NCBI GenBank assembly: GCA_965644315.1
Contig: CBFFRQ010000066.1
Coordinates: 186,001 to 250,000, forward strand
DNA from: Caecitellus pseudoparvulus
Lineage: Eukaryota > Protista > Bigyra: Bicosoecida
Direction of reading: 5' to 3'
DNA: 64,000 nucleotides
The notes beneath the pieces were generated by a model. It had not been told where the DNA came from. It made no database searches and saw nothing but the letters and a program-made list of their open reading frames with translations. The position numbers were made by a program, and so were the translations under genes. Positions within the stretch are counted from its first letter, which is position 1. Every line of letters starts with the position of its first letter. Of this stretch, positions 44,047 to 55,800 are shown piece after piece.

Positions 44047-44385
44047 CTACTTCTTGCTTGTGGTGGCAGGTCCGAAAGAAGGCAAGCCCAAGGCGGGCGT
44101 GTCGTCCCGCATGACTGAATCCCGTGCGTAGTCGTAAATATACTTCTCTTCAGCTGTGTTCTCATCGCCAATATGCTGGGCGGGGGACGTCCATTCCACC
44201 TGAACGGTGATTCGAACCCGGCGGGTGTCTCCCTCCTCCCCGGCAGTGCCAGACACAACCTCCGTTTCTGTGATGGTCACCGACGACAGCTTCTCCAGGC
44301 GCTGAATCCACTCCATTTCCACAAAGCTTTTCACTGCCTGCTTTGCCTCCGCCATGCTGCCTTCTGGAGAGCTTGCTTCTGCCAT
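44047..44385 (-). CDS. Small acidic 112-aa protein, possibly cystatin-like or NTF2-like alpha+beta fold
   Basis: ATG in AAATGG context and protein-like composition: an amphipathic helix then alternating beta strands (SVTITETEVVSGT, RRVRITVQVEW, EKYIYDY). It fills the gap between paralog D and the cystatin. Confidence 0.6.
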   Translation of the reverse strand: MAEASSPEGSMAEAKQAVKSFVEMEWIQRLEKLSSVTITETEVVSGTAGEEGDTRRVRITVQVEWTSPAQHIGDENTAEEKYIYDYARDSVMRDDTPALGLPSFGPATTSKK

Positions 44386-44555
44386 TTCAGGGGTGTGGGC
44401 TTGAGCGTGCTTTTGGCGTGGTGGTGAGGCGTGTCAGGGGGGGGAGGAATGTTTCACCTTGGTTGAGAGAAGTGAGTCTGCATGGGTACATGAGGTAAAA
44501 TAATTTGTCTACAATTCCAATTCTGACACCACAATCATCTGCAACTTCCCTGAAA

Positions 44556-45082
44556 ATGCGCTTTGCAAGCACACTGTTTTGTGTGCTGTTGCTGCTGGTC
44601 TCAGTGCTCTCACTATCTTCAGCAAACATGGCCGTTGTTGGCGGCTTCGGCGATTTTAAACCAGCTGATGACGACGTGAAGGCGCGCTTCGGTGGTGATG
44701 GCGTGCGTGCTGCCTGATCCAGCTGAGCCAGCGCGCGCTGGCTCAGCTGCGTTGCTTGCGCCGGCGGGACGGCGCACGCTGGACCTTTCGCCCCATCTCC
44801 AGGTCAAGGCTTCGGTTGCTGCAGCCGTGGGTGCCGAGTCTGTGGATACGTTCGAGATCATTGAGTTCAAGAGCCAAGTTGTAGGTTGCCTCAGCTCGCT
44901 GGGGCGTACCAGCTGGTGTCACCACGAAACGCTCGCTGTTGCCCGCCCCTCCCCAGGTTGCCGGCACCAACTACGAGCTGAAGGCCAAGGTTGACGGAGT
45001 TGCCTACAACATCAAGGCCTTCGCACCCCTGCCTCACACCGGAGAGCCCATTTCTATCTCCTCTGCTGAGAAGGCTGAGTGA
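44556..45082 (+). CDS. Cystatin (stefin-like cysteine protease inhibitor) with signal peptide; exons 44556-44702, 44803-44880, 44957-45082; 116 aa
   Basis: The spliced product has N-terminal VGGF, KSQVVAGTNY (QxVxG, split by intron 44881-44956) and FAPLPHTGEP. Both introns are phase 0 and GT-AG. Confidence 0.93.
44720..44749. repeat. Perfect 30-bp palindrome within cystatin intron 1
   Basis: CAGCTGAGCCAGCGCGCGCTGGCTCAGCTG equals its own reverse complement. Confidence 0.95.
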
Positions 45083-45591
45083 TGGCTGCTGGCGTTTCAC
45101 AGCAATGCACTTCGCCTGCACATACCTTGCCAATGTGCCCCTAGCCAGGACCCTAGCCCTGTTATCCTGTGCCGCTAAGTAGTTAAGCTGTACGCTCGGT
45201 GAATGTACCGCTGGGCTGACTTGCACGAGTATGTGCGTAGCAGGGGGTCGTCACGTCCTAATCGCCCATCCAGCCCTATGCACAGAGCTTTATGTCTCCC
45301 GTCAAGCAATGACGGCGCACACTTGGATATCAGCAAACAGGGGAGAAGGGGGGCTTCCGAGCTGCGAATTCGGGTAGGCTCGCCACCGCACTTGTTCCTG
45401 AGATATCCTGGCTCTGGAGCGAGGGCAGCGCCTAACCGTCACCGTGGTTTTCGCCTGCTCAAAGCCTTGCAGATTTCAGATCCGTCGCCCCCAGCGCTCA
45501 GTCTGGCCCTTAACAAATCTTTGTTGGACTGACCACCCGGATCGTCTCCTATTCCTCGCGCCGAGCTGGATTCCAGGCTTCGCAGTGTGGC

Positions 45592-48500
45592 ATGGCAGCG
45601 CCGCACAGCGACTTGGGCCCGCAGGAAGCTGCAGTTGAGGAGGGCGGCTTCAAGTGTGGCGCACCTGCTGAAAGCGAAAGTCTCAAGGTAAGGAGAAGCT
45701 TCCGACATGTAAACAGGCTGCTGGTCTTTGAGGAACCCGACCAGAAGGCAAGGGAAGAGCAGGAGCGGCTCGTCGGCCCACGTGCCTCGCGAGACATGTG
45801 GTCACCGCGCAAGCAGCCAGGCCGCACCACGGTGCTCGCGCTGCAAGGGTACCTCCAAGATGTCACCTTGGTGCAGTTGACTGTAGAAAAGGGGAGGCTG
45901 AGGTCTGTCTATGCAACCCGCACCTGCCCAAGCCCACTCAGTGTCGACTTCGTGTACCAGCTGGCGCTCGCCGTGTGGGTGTCAGCTTCGTTGCTTGCGT
46001 GGGCGCTGGTCACCCTCAGTCTGCTCTTCGTCGTCATCTACGGCACAGTCTCTCAGTTTGAGCCCAGTGACTCTTCCCTCACCGACGTGCAACGCGGAAT
46101 GTCGCAGTCCCGCGGGGTCGCTGTATTGTTGGGATTGTCCCCCCTCTTGCTGTACTTGCTTTCATTGATTGCCTTCCACTTGTGGTTACTGCACGACATA
46201 TTTTTGGATCTCACGCACACTTCAGAGAGTCTAGAGTTTGCCACTGCTCGAGGGTGCGGCTTCAGAGGCTCGCTCTGCGCCCGCTCAAGTGTCGCCTGCT
46301 CCATGAAGGCGTATGCTTGGGTGCTGATGCTGACCCTGATACTATTGTTTTTTCTGCCATTCGCTCCGCTGGGACCTAGCTTCACTTCTGGTGCAATTCT
46401 TGCTAATGAAGTCGTATTCGTGATGGCGGTGGTAGCCTTTCTTCATGCACACACCCTCCTGCTGACGCCCTGCCTGAGGTACTGCCACTTTCGCCACACG
46501 CCTCGAGACGGCAGGCAAGAGCGCAGCGTAGGGAAGTGGGCGTCGAGCTGCTGTCTGCGCTGCAGCTCATGCTCCACAGAGCTGTGGCTACGGGGGGGGC
46601 TGGTGTGTGGGAACATCCTTACGATGGCTGCCTCCTGTCGCTGCCTTTGCTTTGAAGCGGAGGATGACATGGAGCGTCAGGCGCAGCACATAGAAGACGA
46701 CATAAATACTTGGGAGGCCTTTGGAGCAGACCAGGCCAGGGGGCCTTCTACGCCATTAAGCGAGAGTGGCTGGACCATGGCATCCCCTGCCTTGCCGTCT
46801 TCAACAGCCGCACCCGAAGCGGCCGACGCGCGCCCTTCCGCCCCAGCCCGCTCCCGAACACCCTCACCACAGCTTAGCCTTTCCCAGCAACCTTCCCAAG
46901 CACGTCCTGGCGACGGCCTTGCTCTGACGCGCGAAGCATGCTGCTCCTGGGCCAAGTCCACCCACACAGGTGTGTGGCTGCCAGCTGCTTGTGGAGGCCC
47001 GCACGAGCCAAGTACGATGTTCTGCGGCTGTCTCAGCGAACCAGCTGGGGCTGCAAAGCTCGTCAATTCGTTGGTCTGGGTTGCGTCTCTCTGGGTCTTC
47101 GTGGGTCTGGCTGTGCATGCAACTTTTGGTATTCTTTTCCTCGCCGGCCCTGTCCTAGCCGGGGTCGCAGCAAGTCTGAGCATTATTGGCATGTACGCGT
47201 GTATCATGGCATACCTGTGGCTCACAACTCCCCAGGGTGATGTGCTCTTTCGTCCTGGTTCAAGCTGCGGAGGCTCAGCACTGTTGAAGTCTGCCAGAGC
47301 CTGGAGCCGACGCCAGCACGGCATCTCAACGAAGACCGCTGAGCAGGTCTGGACAGTGTTCATGCAGTACAAGGTGACCTTGAGCTCATTGCTAGCAGGC
47401 TTGTTGGCGTTTGCTTCGGCAAGGCAGGGCAGCACCAGCGGTGGTCTCATCGCCGGCATCTTGCTCCTGTTCATAGTCCCTATTGGGCTCTGTGTATTCA
47501 ACGCATGGCAGCTCGGCGTCAGGTGCAGTGAGCCACGGCATCCAGGTCCACGCCAAGGTTGTACGGCGGCGTGGTGCCTTGTTGGAACTCTTGGGCGCGT
47601 GCATCACCCACGATGCCACCGCTGCGGCGACCCAACCGCATATTGCGGCAACTTGGCGCACCGGACATGCTCGTCTATGTGGTGGTGGCACGCTTTGGCA
47701 TTGGCAATGACTGCTTGCGTGATTTGCCTCTTCACTGTCATTGTGTACGCGCCCCTGCCAGCGATGTGGCTCAGCATCATTCTGGCGACAGGCATCTACA
47801 GCGTTATCCTTTGCCATGCCATACCAACCCATGGCTATGATCTGGCCACCCTTGCGGCTTTCTCGGACCTGCCAGTGGATGCCCGTGCCGTGGCGCCACA
47901 CTCACAGGACGAACTCAGCTCGTCCACAGAGCTGCCGGAGGTCCAGGCACCGGGCAAGGCGCTTCCGTCTGATGAGCCACCACACGAGCAGGAAGTAATG
48001 ACTGCCCCTCCTGACTTGCCACCCAGCCGGCCTCCCGCGTTGACGCTGCCTGCAACCTTGAAAAGTGCAAACCTGCGCGCTCCCAGCGTGCAGCAGCCAT
48101 TTGTGACACAGCAGGTCGCTCTGCCTGTGCAAGCAGGGGAACGTGCCCATTTGCAACACCACAAGGTTGAAGGAGTCCTCTGCGAGGATGTTGATGCTTT
48201 CGCAGCTGCTTGCACTGAGCAAGAGCGTGTTGCGTATAACAAGGCACATGGCGGCAACCGAAGCTTCCGTGACCCGGTGCAGAGCGCTTTGTTCATCGAG
48301 CGCCACCTGCGCTGGAAGCTCGTGGCCCCGTTGTTTGTCGCACTATTTGTTGTTGCCCTGCTGCTCATCGCGCTGGTGGACAGAGGGCTCGACAGAGAAG
48401 GCGGCGCGCTTGTTGGCTGGGTAGATGTGTCGAAGCCAGTGTTGGCACAGCAGGGCAAGGCAAAGCCACGCTTACCCTTTTGCGACATGCGGGTGGCAGG

Positions 48501-49716
48501 CTTGGGTATTCTTGACTATGGGGTGCTCGCCAAGGCTGCGTATTTGGGGACCAATCACACGGCCTACGTGAACGTGCTGCAGACGCTTATCCCTGGGTCC
48601 AATGTCTCGCTGAACCTGCTCGTAGAGGAGCGCCTGCACCAGCCTCTGTATGGAGTGGCGACAATTCGTCGCCCCGCCGCTCTTTCGCACGAGGATGTGC
48701 TGACCCAAGCTAGGGCAGGCCGCCAGGACGCCACAAGGCTTGATCAAGCCATGGAAGCATTTCTTGTGAGCAACTCAACTTCTGGGCTTGCAGCGGATGC
48801 ACTCAAGGCACTGGTGCGCCGAGATACCGCTGTCCCTGCCATCAACACAACAGTGCTGAGTATTCGAGGCTCCCTTCAAGGCTTCGACTGGGCACAAGAC
48901 TTCTTCATTTGGGGCGGTCCAGGGCTGGTGCAAGCACTGCAGTTCGTCTTTCCCCTCCTTCGGCCGCTGGGGTGGACTGGCGCCGATGAATACCTCATCA
49001 GCGCTGTAGGTGATGTTGAGCGCGGAGCCTTTAGTGAGTATGAGGCCACCCCACGCGCATTCTTTGTGCCTGTTGCTCGCCAGCTGTCTGTGTTGAAGCA
49101 CGTCTTGTTCGAAGGCCAGGGGATGCAGGCGGCCCAAGAGGAGTTCGGGGATTCACCGACGGAAAAGTACCGAGATGCGAGCACGTGGGGTGATGAACTA
49201 GTTGTCACAGGTCATTCGCTGGGAGGGGGCGTGGCCATGATCGCCGGCGCTGCCACAAGTGTGGCTGCGGTTGCCTACTCTGGCCCCGGACCAGTCTTGG
49301 GTCGGCGCAAGTACGCAAGGGCCATTCAAGTCGGTTGCCCGGAGTGCCCTGTGGATACAAGACCCGAGGCGACGGATGCACATGCGTTTAATGTGGTGCC
49401 TCTTGGCGACGTCGTGCCGTGGCTAGGTGGGCAGCCAAGCAAGGCTGTGGACATTCCATGCGATTCAGGCGCTGCGGCGTGCCACAGCGTCATCCGCAGC
49501 ATGTGCACAATCATGCAGTCTTGTGGAGACCCTTGGGGTCGTAGCCTCTTCCAGTTCAAGGAGAGTTTTGGGGCCGGCTCTCTAGACACGCTTTCTGACT
49601 GCTGCGTGCATGGTCAGTACGGTCGAGGGCACGCAGCCTGCAAGCGCCTGCTGTGTGGCGAGATCAAAGTTCGACCCGCACAGGCTATCCCCTCTGCCTT
49701 GAGGCGCCTGTGCTGA
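45592..49716 (+). CDS. Polytopic membrane protein (~12 TM) with C-terminal class-3 lipase domain; 1374 aa
   Basis: About 12 hydrophobic segments, then LAKAAY, VLSIRGS...DWAQD, the nucleophile elbow VVTGHSLGGG (49210-49224), DVVPWLG (Asp) and CHS (His). Confidence 0.85.
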   Translation: MAAPHSDLGPQEAAVEEGGFKCGAPAESESLKVRRSFRHVNRLLVFEEPDQKAREEQERLVGPRASRDMWSPRKQPGRTTVLALQGYLQDVTLVQLTVEKGRLRSVYATRTCPSPLSVDFVYQLALAVWVSASLLAWALVTLSLLFVVIYGTVSQFEPSDSSLTDVQRGMSQSRGVAVLLGLSPLLLYLLSLIAFHLWLLHDIFLDLTHTSESLEFATARGCGFRGSLCARSSVACSMKAYAWVLMLTLILLFFLPFAPLGPSFTSGAILANEVVFVMAVVAFLHAHTLLLTPCLRYCHFRHTPRDGRQERSVGKWASSCCLRCSSCSTELWLRGGLVCGNILTMAASCRCLCFEAEDDMERQAQHIEDDINTWEAFGADQARGPSTPLSESGWTMASPALPSSTAAPEAADARPSAPARSRTPSPQLSLSQQPSQARPGDGLALTREACCSWAKSTHTGVWLPAACGGPHEPSTMFCGCLSEPAGAAKLVNSLVWVASLWVFVGLAVHATFGILFLAGPVLAGVAASLSIIGMYACIMAYLWLTTPQGDVLFRPGSSCGGSALLKSARAWSRRQHGISTKTAEQVWTVFMQYKVTLSSLLAGLLAFASARQGSTSGGLIAGILLLFIVPIGLCVFNAWQLGVRCSEPRHPGPRQGCTAAWCLVGTLGRVHHPRCHRCGDPTAYCGNLAHRTCSSMWWWHALALAMTACVICLFTVIVYAPLPAMWLSIILATGIYSVILCHAIPTHGYDLATLAAFSDLPVDARAVAPHSQDELSSSTELPEVQAPGKALPSDEPPHEQEVMTAPPDLPPSRPPALTLPATLKSANLRAPSVQQPFVTQQVALPVQAGERAHLQHHKVEGVLCEDVDAFAAACTEQERVAYNKAHGGNRSFRDPVQSALFIERHLRWKLVAPLFVALFVVALLLIALVDRGLDREGGALVGWVDVSKPVLAQQGKAKPRLPFCDMRVAGLGILDYGVLAKAAYLGTNHTAYVNVLQTLIPGSNVSLNLLVEERLHQPLYGVATIRRPAALSHEDVLTQARAGRQDATRLDQAMEAFLVSNSTSGLAADALKALVRRDTAVPAINTTVLSIRGSLQGFDWAQDFFIWGGPGLVQALQFVFPLLRPLGWTGADEYLISAVGDVERGAFSEYEATPRAFFVPVARQLSVLKHVLFEGQGMQAAQEEFGDSPTEKYRDASTWGDELVVTGHSLGGGVAMIAGAATSVAAVAYSGPGPVLGRRKYARAIQVGCPECPVDTRPEATDAHAFNVVPLGDVVPWLGGQPSKAVDIPCDSGAAACHSVIRSMCTIMQSCGDPWGRSLFQFKESFGAGSLDTLSDCCVHGQYGRGHAACKRLLCGEIKVRPAQAIPSALRRLC

Positions 49717-49854
49717 GAGTCAGACATTGCTCCTTCCAATGCAGATGGCATGCCTCGGTCAGCGGCATCCCGCGAGGCACATGCAGTGCAACAACAAACC
49801 GCAAAAAGACAGCAAGTGGTGCTGCGGGTACCAAAGCACCAAGAATTTTGCACG

Positions 49855-52800
49855 ATGGCAAGCACTGCTGATGCCCCGGGCTTGGGGGAGGGGGAAATTG
49901 ACCTGCCCTCCACCCCTACATCTTCGACTGCCAGCGACACTGGCAGTGAATCGGAGGACCAAGCTGCCCTGGACGGTGACATTCATGCAGCAGCCAGCGC
50001 AGAGCGGATCCGAAAGCACGGGATGGACCTCATCACAGGTGCCATGCCCCCGACGTCCATCACCGCTGAGCAGCTGGGGCGCCTGAAGCGCCGTTTTGAT
50101 GCGGTGTGTGGTTGCTTGACTGATTTCCGCAGCTCGCAGGGCAGCCACAGCCATGGCCTCTTCAACGCAGAAACGTGGCAAGCTTGATGAAGCACAGTTC
50201 GTGAAGACATTTTCTAGCGTGCTGGACAGGTCATTATCTCAAGAGCAGCTCCTGGCGCTGTTCATGAAGGTGTGCAGCTGGGCGGACGTTGGTCGCAAAG
50301 CGATACGAAAACGCTGCACTCAGCTGCCTGCGCGTGCTGAACACAGATAGATGCAAACTCTGATGGGGCGGTGACTTGGAGCGAGTTCACATCCTTTCTC
50401 ATGCAGGGGGATGCAGATGCAGCTCCTGGGTTGGCCGGGGAGGCGGCTGCATCGGATGGCTTTGGCAGGTGAGTGGGGCGGCTGGGCAAGACTCATGCTG
50501 CAGACGTAGGCAAGGCACAACCCCTCCCCCTCCCGATTCGCCCAGCAACTTTGGAAAGCCCTCATCCCATGGCGGGGAACAGCTCAAGCTGAGACAGATG
50601 GAGCGCGGTGGTGCCGCCCCGTTGCTGACCTGGGGCAAGTCTACGCTCGGGACGCTGCTGGGTGACGACGAGGACACGATTTCTCGGGCACCTGTGGAGC
50701 TCCTGTACGCTGCACCAGTCCGGGAGCGTCTCCCAACAGGAACGGCAACACGCCGAGCAGATGACATCGACCCAGTAGCTCGCGCCCTCAAAGCCGCGGC
50801 GGCAGCTGGCATGCCAAGTGCAGCCGAATCTCTCGGCCCTGGCTCTGGTGTGGCTGCTGGTGCCCCCGCCGACACTCGCATGACTGACCAGGTCATCGAT
50901 GCGTTCAGCGCTACGTTGCCGTTCGCGATGGAGCTTGATGGGGTTGCGGGGGCGGCTACAGGGACTGGCAGTTCAGCTGCATCCTTAGGCCTGCATCCTA
51001 TCAGGCGTGTGCCCGCCTCCGGCCAACGCTCCGCACTGGATGGGATCCCCACACCTCTTCAGCGAGTGTACGACCCCGCCCGCCCACGCTCCCGGACAGT
51101 GGCAGGGATGCAGCTCATGGCACTGTACAAAGCCACTCACCCCACCGATGATGCGGACTTCGCACAGGCAGCGCGCACAGTGGCAAAGGTGAGGCAGCAG
51201 GCTGTCGCTTCAGCTCGTGAGGCGCGAGCTGCCAGTGCAGCCATGGTCATGGGCGGCCAAGAGGAAGGAAAGAGCAGTCACTCTTGGAGGCATGCTCGGC
51301 GGCCCATGTCCTCTGCAGCAACGTCTAATCCCAGTGCGATTCGAGACTACCCCAATGCGGCCAATGCCGTGCCGCTGCGGCGAGCGGGCGAGGAGGCATA
51401 TGGATCTGCATCTACCAGGGGGGCTGGGCCTGGGACACACCCCGGGGGGGACCTCCTTGCGAAAGGAAACGCGGGCGTGCCGCTCAACGCTGCGCACCCT
51501 GCCCATCACTTTGTACATGTCCGCATGGCGAACTCGGACACTGGTGGGACCTTGACAAAGGAAGCTGCATCCTACCTCGCAGGTGCCGCCAGTGAGGTGG
51601 AGCGCCGTGCTGTGCAGCGGTCAGGCTCTGCAGGGCCGGTCCGTGTTCGAGTCCGCCCCCCATCTGGCAGAGTGGACACGCTGCGAAGTGGCGGGCGGGG
51701 TGCCCGCTTGGCAGTCGCAGTTTCAAACCAAGGCAGCGCACCGGAGGAGCAGGACGAACATGATTGGGGTGTAGAGTCTGCGACTCCACGCCGGCCCACA
51801 TCGGCCCAAGCACCCTCACACTCGCGCAGCATGGCTGCAGAGGTCGGCATTCCTGACCCTGAGGAGCACCAGGTGGTGTATGGCGTCACTCCTGTCGCAT
51901 ACACAGCAGCGGTGGCACATGTGGTGGGGGTTCCAGCGCCTGGTGTTCGAGCCCGGGTGCTGGACCAAGTAACAGAGGAGGTGCACAAGGCATCGTCTCG
52001 GCGGGCAGCCTCCCAAGGCGGCGCACGTCCTCCCAAACCCATTCGATTTTCAGAGGCAGATCCCACAGCCCCTCCACCCTTCTCTGCTCGTCACATGCGA
52101 GGCATGCGATCTGGCACGGCTGCCAGCATGCGCGTGAAAACTGTAGCGGCAGTCGCTGCCCAGATACCACATTCACTGCGTATCGCCGTGCATGGCGTGG
52201 ATGCAGGGGTGGAGAGCAATGAAGCTGCGCGTGCCAAGGCTGCTGCGCGGTCAGGTGGCGGCATCGGGCGCAGTGTGGAGCAAGGAGCCTTGGGGGCAAA
52301 GGCCACACAAGGTGCGAGTCGAATTGCCGCGTCCCTTTCCGCCGGCATCCCCCTTCCCACGAGCATCATCGATGCGGCGTCAGGGACGTCAGGGGGCAGC
52401 CACGGGGGTGCACATGGAAACCCAGGAGGGGCCGCCTCGGCAGGAAATGGCTCAAGTTCAGATCGAGCATTTGTCCCACGGCTTGCAAATGTGTCAGGGC
52501 ACACGGACCTTATCACGCACGTGGCCTTCTGCCCGAGAGAGTTCGCGACTGGTTTTGCATATGACAGGTTTTTCACTCTGTCTCGGGACGGTGTGTGCTG
52601 CGTGTGGACTGTTGGGGGCAAGGCAGGGGGTGGATTGGGCACTGGCGATACCCCTGGGGCATCTTCGGATGGAGCCTCGGGGGTGGTGAACCGCCTTGCC
52701 TTTCGGGTCAGTCCCCACACTGTTACGGCCATGACATTCTTGCTCGCAAGCCAGCTGCTGGTGGTTGCGACGGTCTCACGTGAAGTGCTCTTCTTCGAGT

Positions 52801-55800
52801 TCAACGCTCAAACTGGAGACGCAAAGTTGAAGGCGTGCCTCGGCGGCAAGCACCTCTCTCAGCACATGCCAGTGTCACTGGAATCTTTCGTTATGTGGGC
52901 TTCCGGTGACCGCAATGCCCGATCAGAATATGGCTTCACACTTGGGTACGCTCTTGGCAACATCAAAGCCACCTCCTCAGGCCAGCCCTCGGCAGAGTCT
53001 CACTCGGCCAGGAAGCGAGGACGCAACACCCAGCGTGGGGCTGCTTTGGTTGCAGGCTTGTCAGATGGCGTCGAGGAAGCGAGGCAGCACCATAAAGATA
53101 GCGGCAGATGGTCCCTGCCTGATGGTGATGAAGTGTTGCTTGTGGGGGATGACGAGGGTGGTGTAACTGTAGTACACTTGAAGCGGGGAGCGTGGCACAT
53201 GGGCCTGAGGATGGCCCGAATGACGGACTCTGTGTGGAGCAGCGACCTCGCACGGCGTGAGGGATCGAACGCGCCGGCGCCAGGCGCTGGTGAAGGCAGC
53301 ACTGTCTCATCTGGGGCGGATGGCGTAGCTGGCGGGGGTGTCGGGCGTGGTATGGCTTTCATCAGTGCGGCGCAGAAACAAGCGGCGGTGCGCAAGCGCC
53401 TGCGCAGCGCTCTCAAGTGGTCACTATCAGCGACAGCCAGCAAGGTAGAAGGATCGAAGGCCACCTCAGCTCGGCACCGCGTCGATGCGAGCTGCTTGGA
53501 AGGAGAAGCGGGTGCAGGCCCTGGGCAGCTCGCCAGCACCGACTCCGCAGACGCCGACGCTGACCAAGCTGACGGCAAGGAGACTGCCAGCCCTTCTGGG
53601 GCAACCAAAGAGCGTGTCCGCGTGTATGAAGAGCATTTTGAAGGAGTGAGCATTTGGCGCTTTTTGGCACACTCAAATGGAGGCTGGGTGCGCCATGTGC
53701 GATTCATCCCGGACCTGGCAGCAGTCGTCACTGCCTCCGAAAATGGGCATGTTCGGATTTGGCGCATGAGCGCACTCGCCGAAACCCCTCAGACAATATC
53801 ACAATACCAGCAATACCTGTCCATGCTGCAGGAAAGCTCGAAGATGGCTGCACAGTTGCGGGATGAGGGGCAAGGGCGTGCTGGGAAAAGCCCGGCCATC
53901 ACCTCCACCATGGCGGGCGGGGTGGTTGTGCCCACAGTGGCGACAGTTTACCCCTCATCGAGAGTGCAAGGTGTGGCCATGGCGCTGTTGGCTGAGTTCG
54001 TCGTGTACAAGTCAGGCGCCGTGTCACCTGTGCCCGCCAAGGCTACCAACGCAACCAGCGGGGAGCACGGAGGCGACATTGTGAACGAGCGGCCAGATAA
54101 GCTTGTGGAGCGCATTCTACAGCAGCATGCCCGCGTCCAGTCCGCGAGCGCCATGACGGCAATCCGTGCTGCTGCAGGGGCTGACGGGATGGGCACTGGG
54201 ACTGCCGCCCACAGTCGCGCACGAAAGGGCCCGGCGGCAGCCTCTCGTGTTGACTGCGGGGTGAGGGGCGCTGGGGCTGTGGGGGGGAGCAGTGAAGGTG
54301 GTCTCGTGGAGGTGATCGAGGGCACACCCCTTGCTGACATCTCTTGGTCCCCAACAGTCGGCGCCTTCGCTGTGGCAGGGGCCGGTGAGCGGTGGGTGTG
54401 CGTTTTCAACCCGTTCTCTCAAAGCAAGGTGGCTAATCTTCCGACACACTCGGCACCAGTCACTGCTGTCAAGTTCTTAGATGTGGCTTCGCAGCTTGTT
54501 GTGCTGTCCAAGGATGCGACGCTGCGAATTTGGAACACTCGAAACTTCAGGGCAAGCGTGTCTTTCAGTGACCCGCGCCTAACGGCACCCTCTCAAGTGC
54601 TCGCGTCGCGGTGGGCTGCCCCCCTTGGAGTGCACCCTCGCACCCAGGCCTTGCTGACATTCACGAAGGTTTTGACGGTATGGCCTTTGCGAGCATTGCC
54701 GGCAGCTGCTGGGGCGCTGGGTGGGAGCGGCCGCACAGGAGCCGCGGGCCTGGGTGCGGTTGTGGCCGCGACTGCTGCGGGTCGTGGCCCTGGCGGTAGT
54801 TCGGATGGAGCAGCACTCATTACGGGAATGGCATACAATGGTACGTTTCATGAGTTGGTTTCCCTGGAAAGGTCTGACGTGCGGCGTGCTGTTGTCTGGG
54901 ATGTGCTCACTGGCAACCATGTGCACCACATCGTTTCTCCCCACGGTGAAACCGGCGTCACCGTCGCAGCATTTGACGCAGACCAACGTAGACTGGTGAC
55001 CGGCGCGAATAAAGGTGACTTCATACGAGTGTGGAACTTTCACGATGGCAACCTCCTCCGCGAACATGCCTTGCCACCTCCACCAGTGGGGCCTTACGCC
55101 AGCGCTTTGGAAGCCGCAAGGGCATCCAGCCGCCAGGTCGCACCTTCAGGAAACGCGCCGATTCAGCTACCAGATAGCGTCCCATGGGCGGGGAGTGTCT
55201 TTACTCCTGCCGATATTGTCGGTGTGCTTGCAATAAAACGTGTGAGCCTTTCTGGGGCCTCTGCGGTGGGTGCTGTGGGCGTGAACGGCAGAGGAGGTGG
55301 CATGCAGGTGTCTCGGCTGCTGGTGACGGCAACATCTGATGGCCGCATTTACATTTACCGGGATGAAGGCGCTGGGTCCCACGGACAGGAGGTGGATGAT
55401 GATGCTATTGTGTCCGAGGCCGCGGCGCAAGCTTCAGCAGCCGCCACAGCTCCTTCATCGGCAGCTGCAACCGGCAGACAGGTCGTTATGGACCCACTGC
55501 TTACCAAGACCAGCAGGCATGCAGTGAGTGCAAGCAACAAACGACAAGATGCGCTGAGTGACCTTGATGCTGCGCTTGCCGAAGCGGCAGGCGACGATGC
55601 CCCCCCTGATGGTCTTCGCAAGGCACGGGCAGCTGCGTCCACGTCGCACCTCGCCGCGTCTGCGATGCTGCAGCGCAACATGGATGCTCCCGGTGCACCA
55701 CAGGCTCTCATGGCAAGTGTGGCTCGGCATGGTGCTGGGCTGCGATTGCGCATCCGGTCGTCCTCCACCTCCGCTGTTCAGCGTGCCAAAGCCTTGGCGT

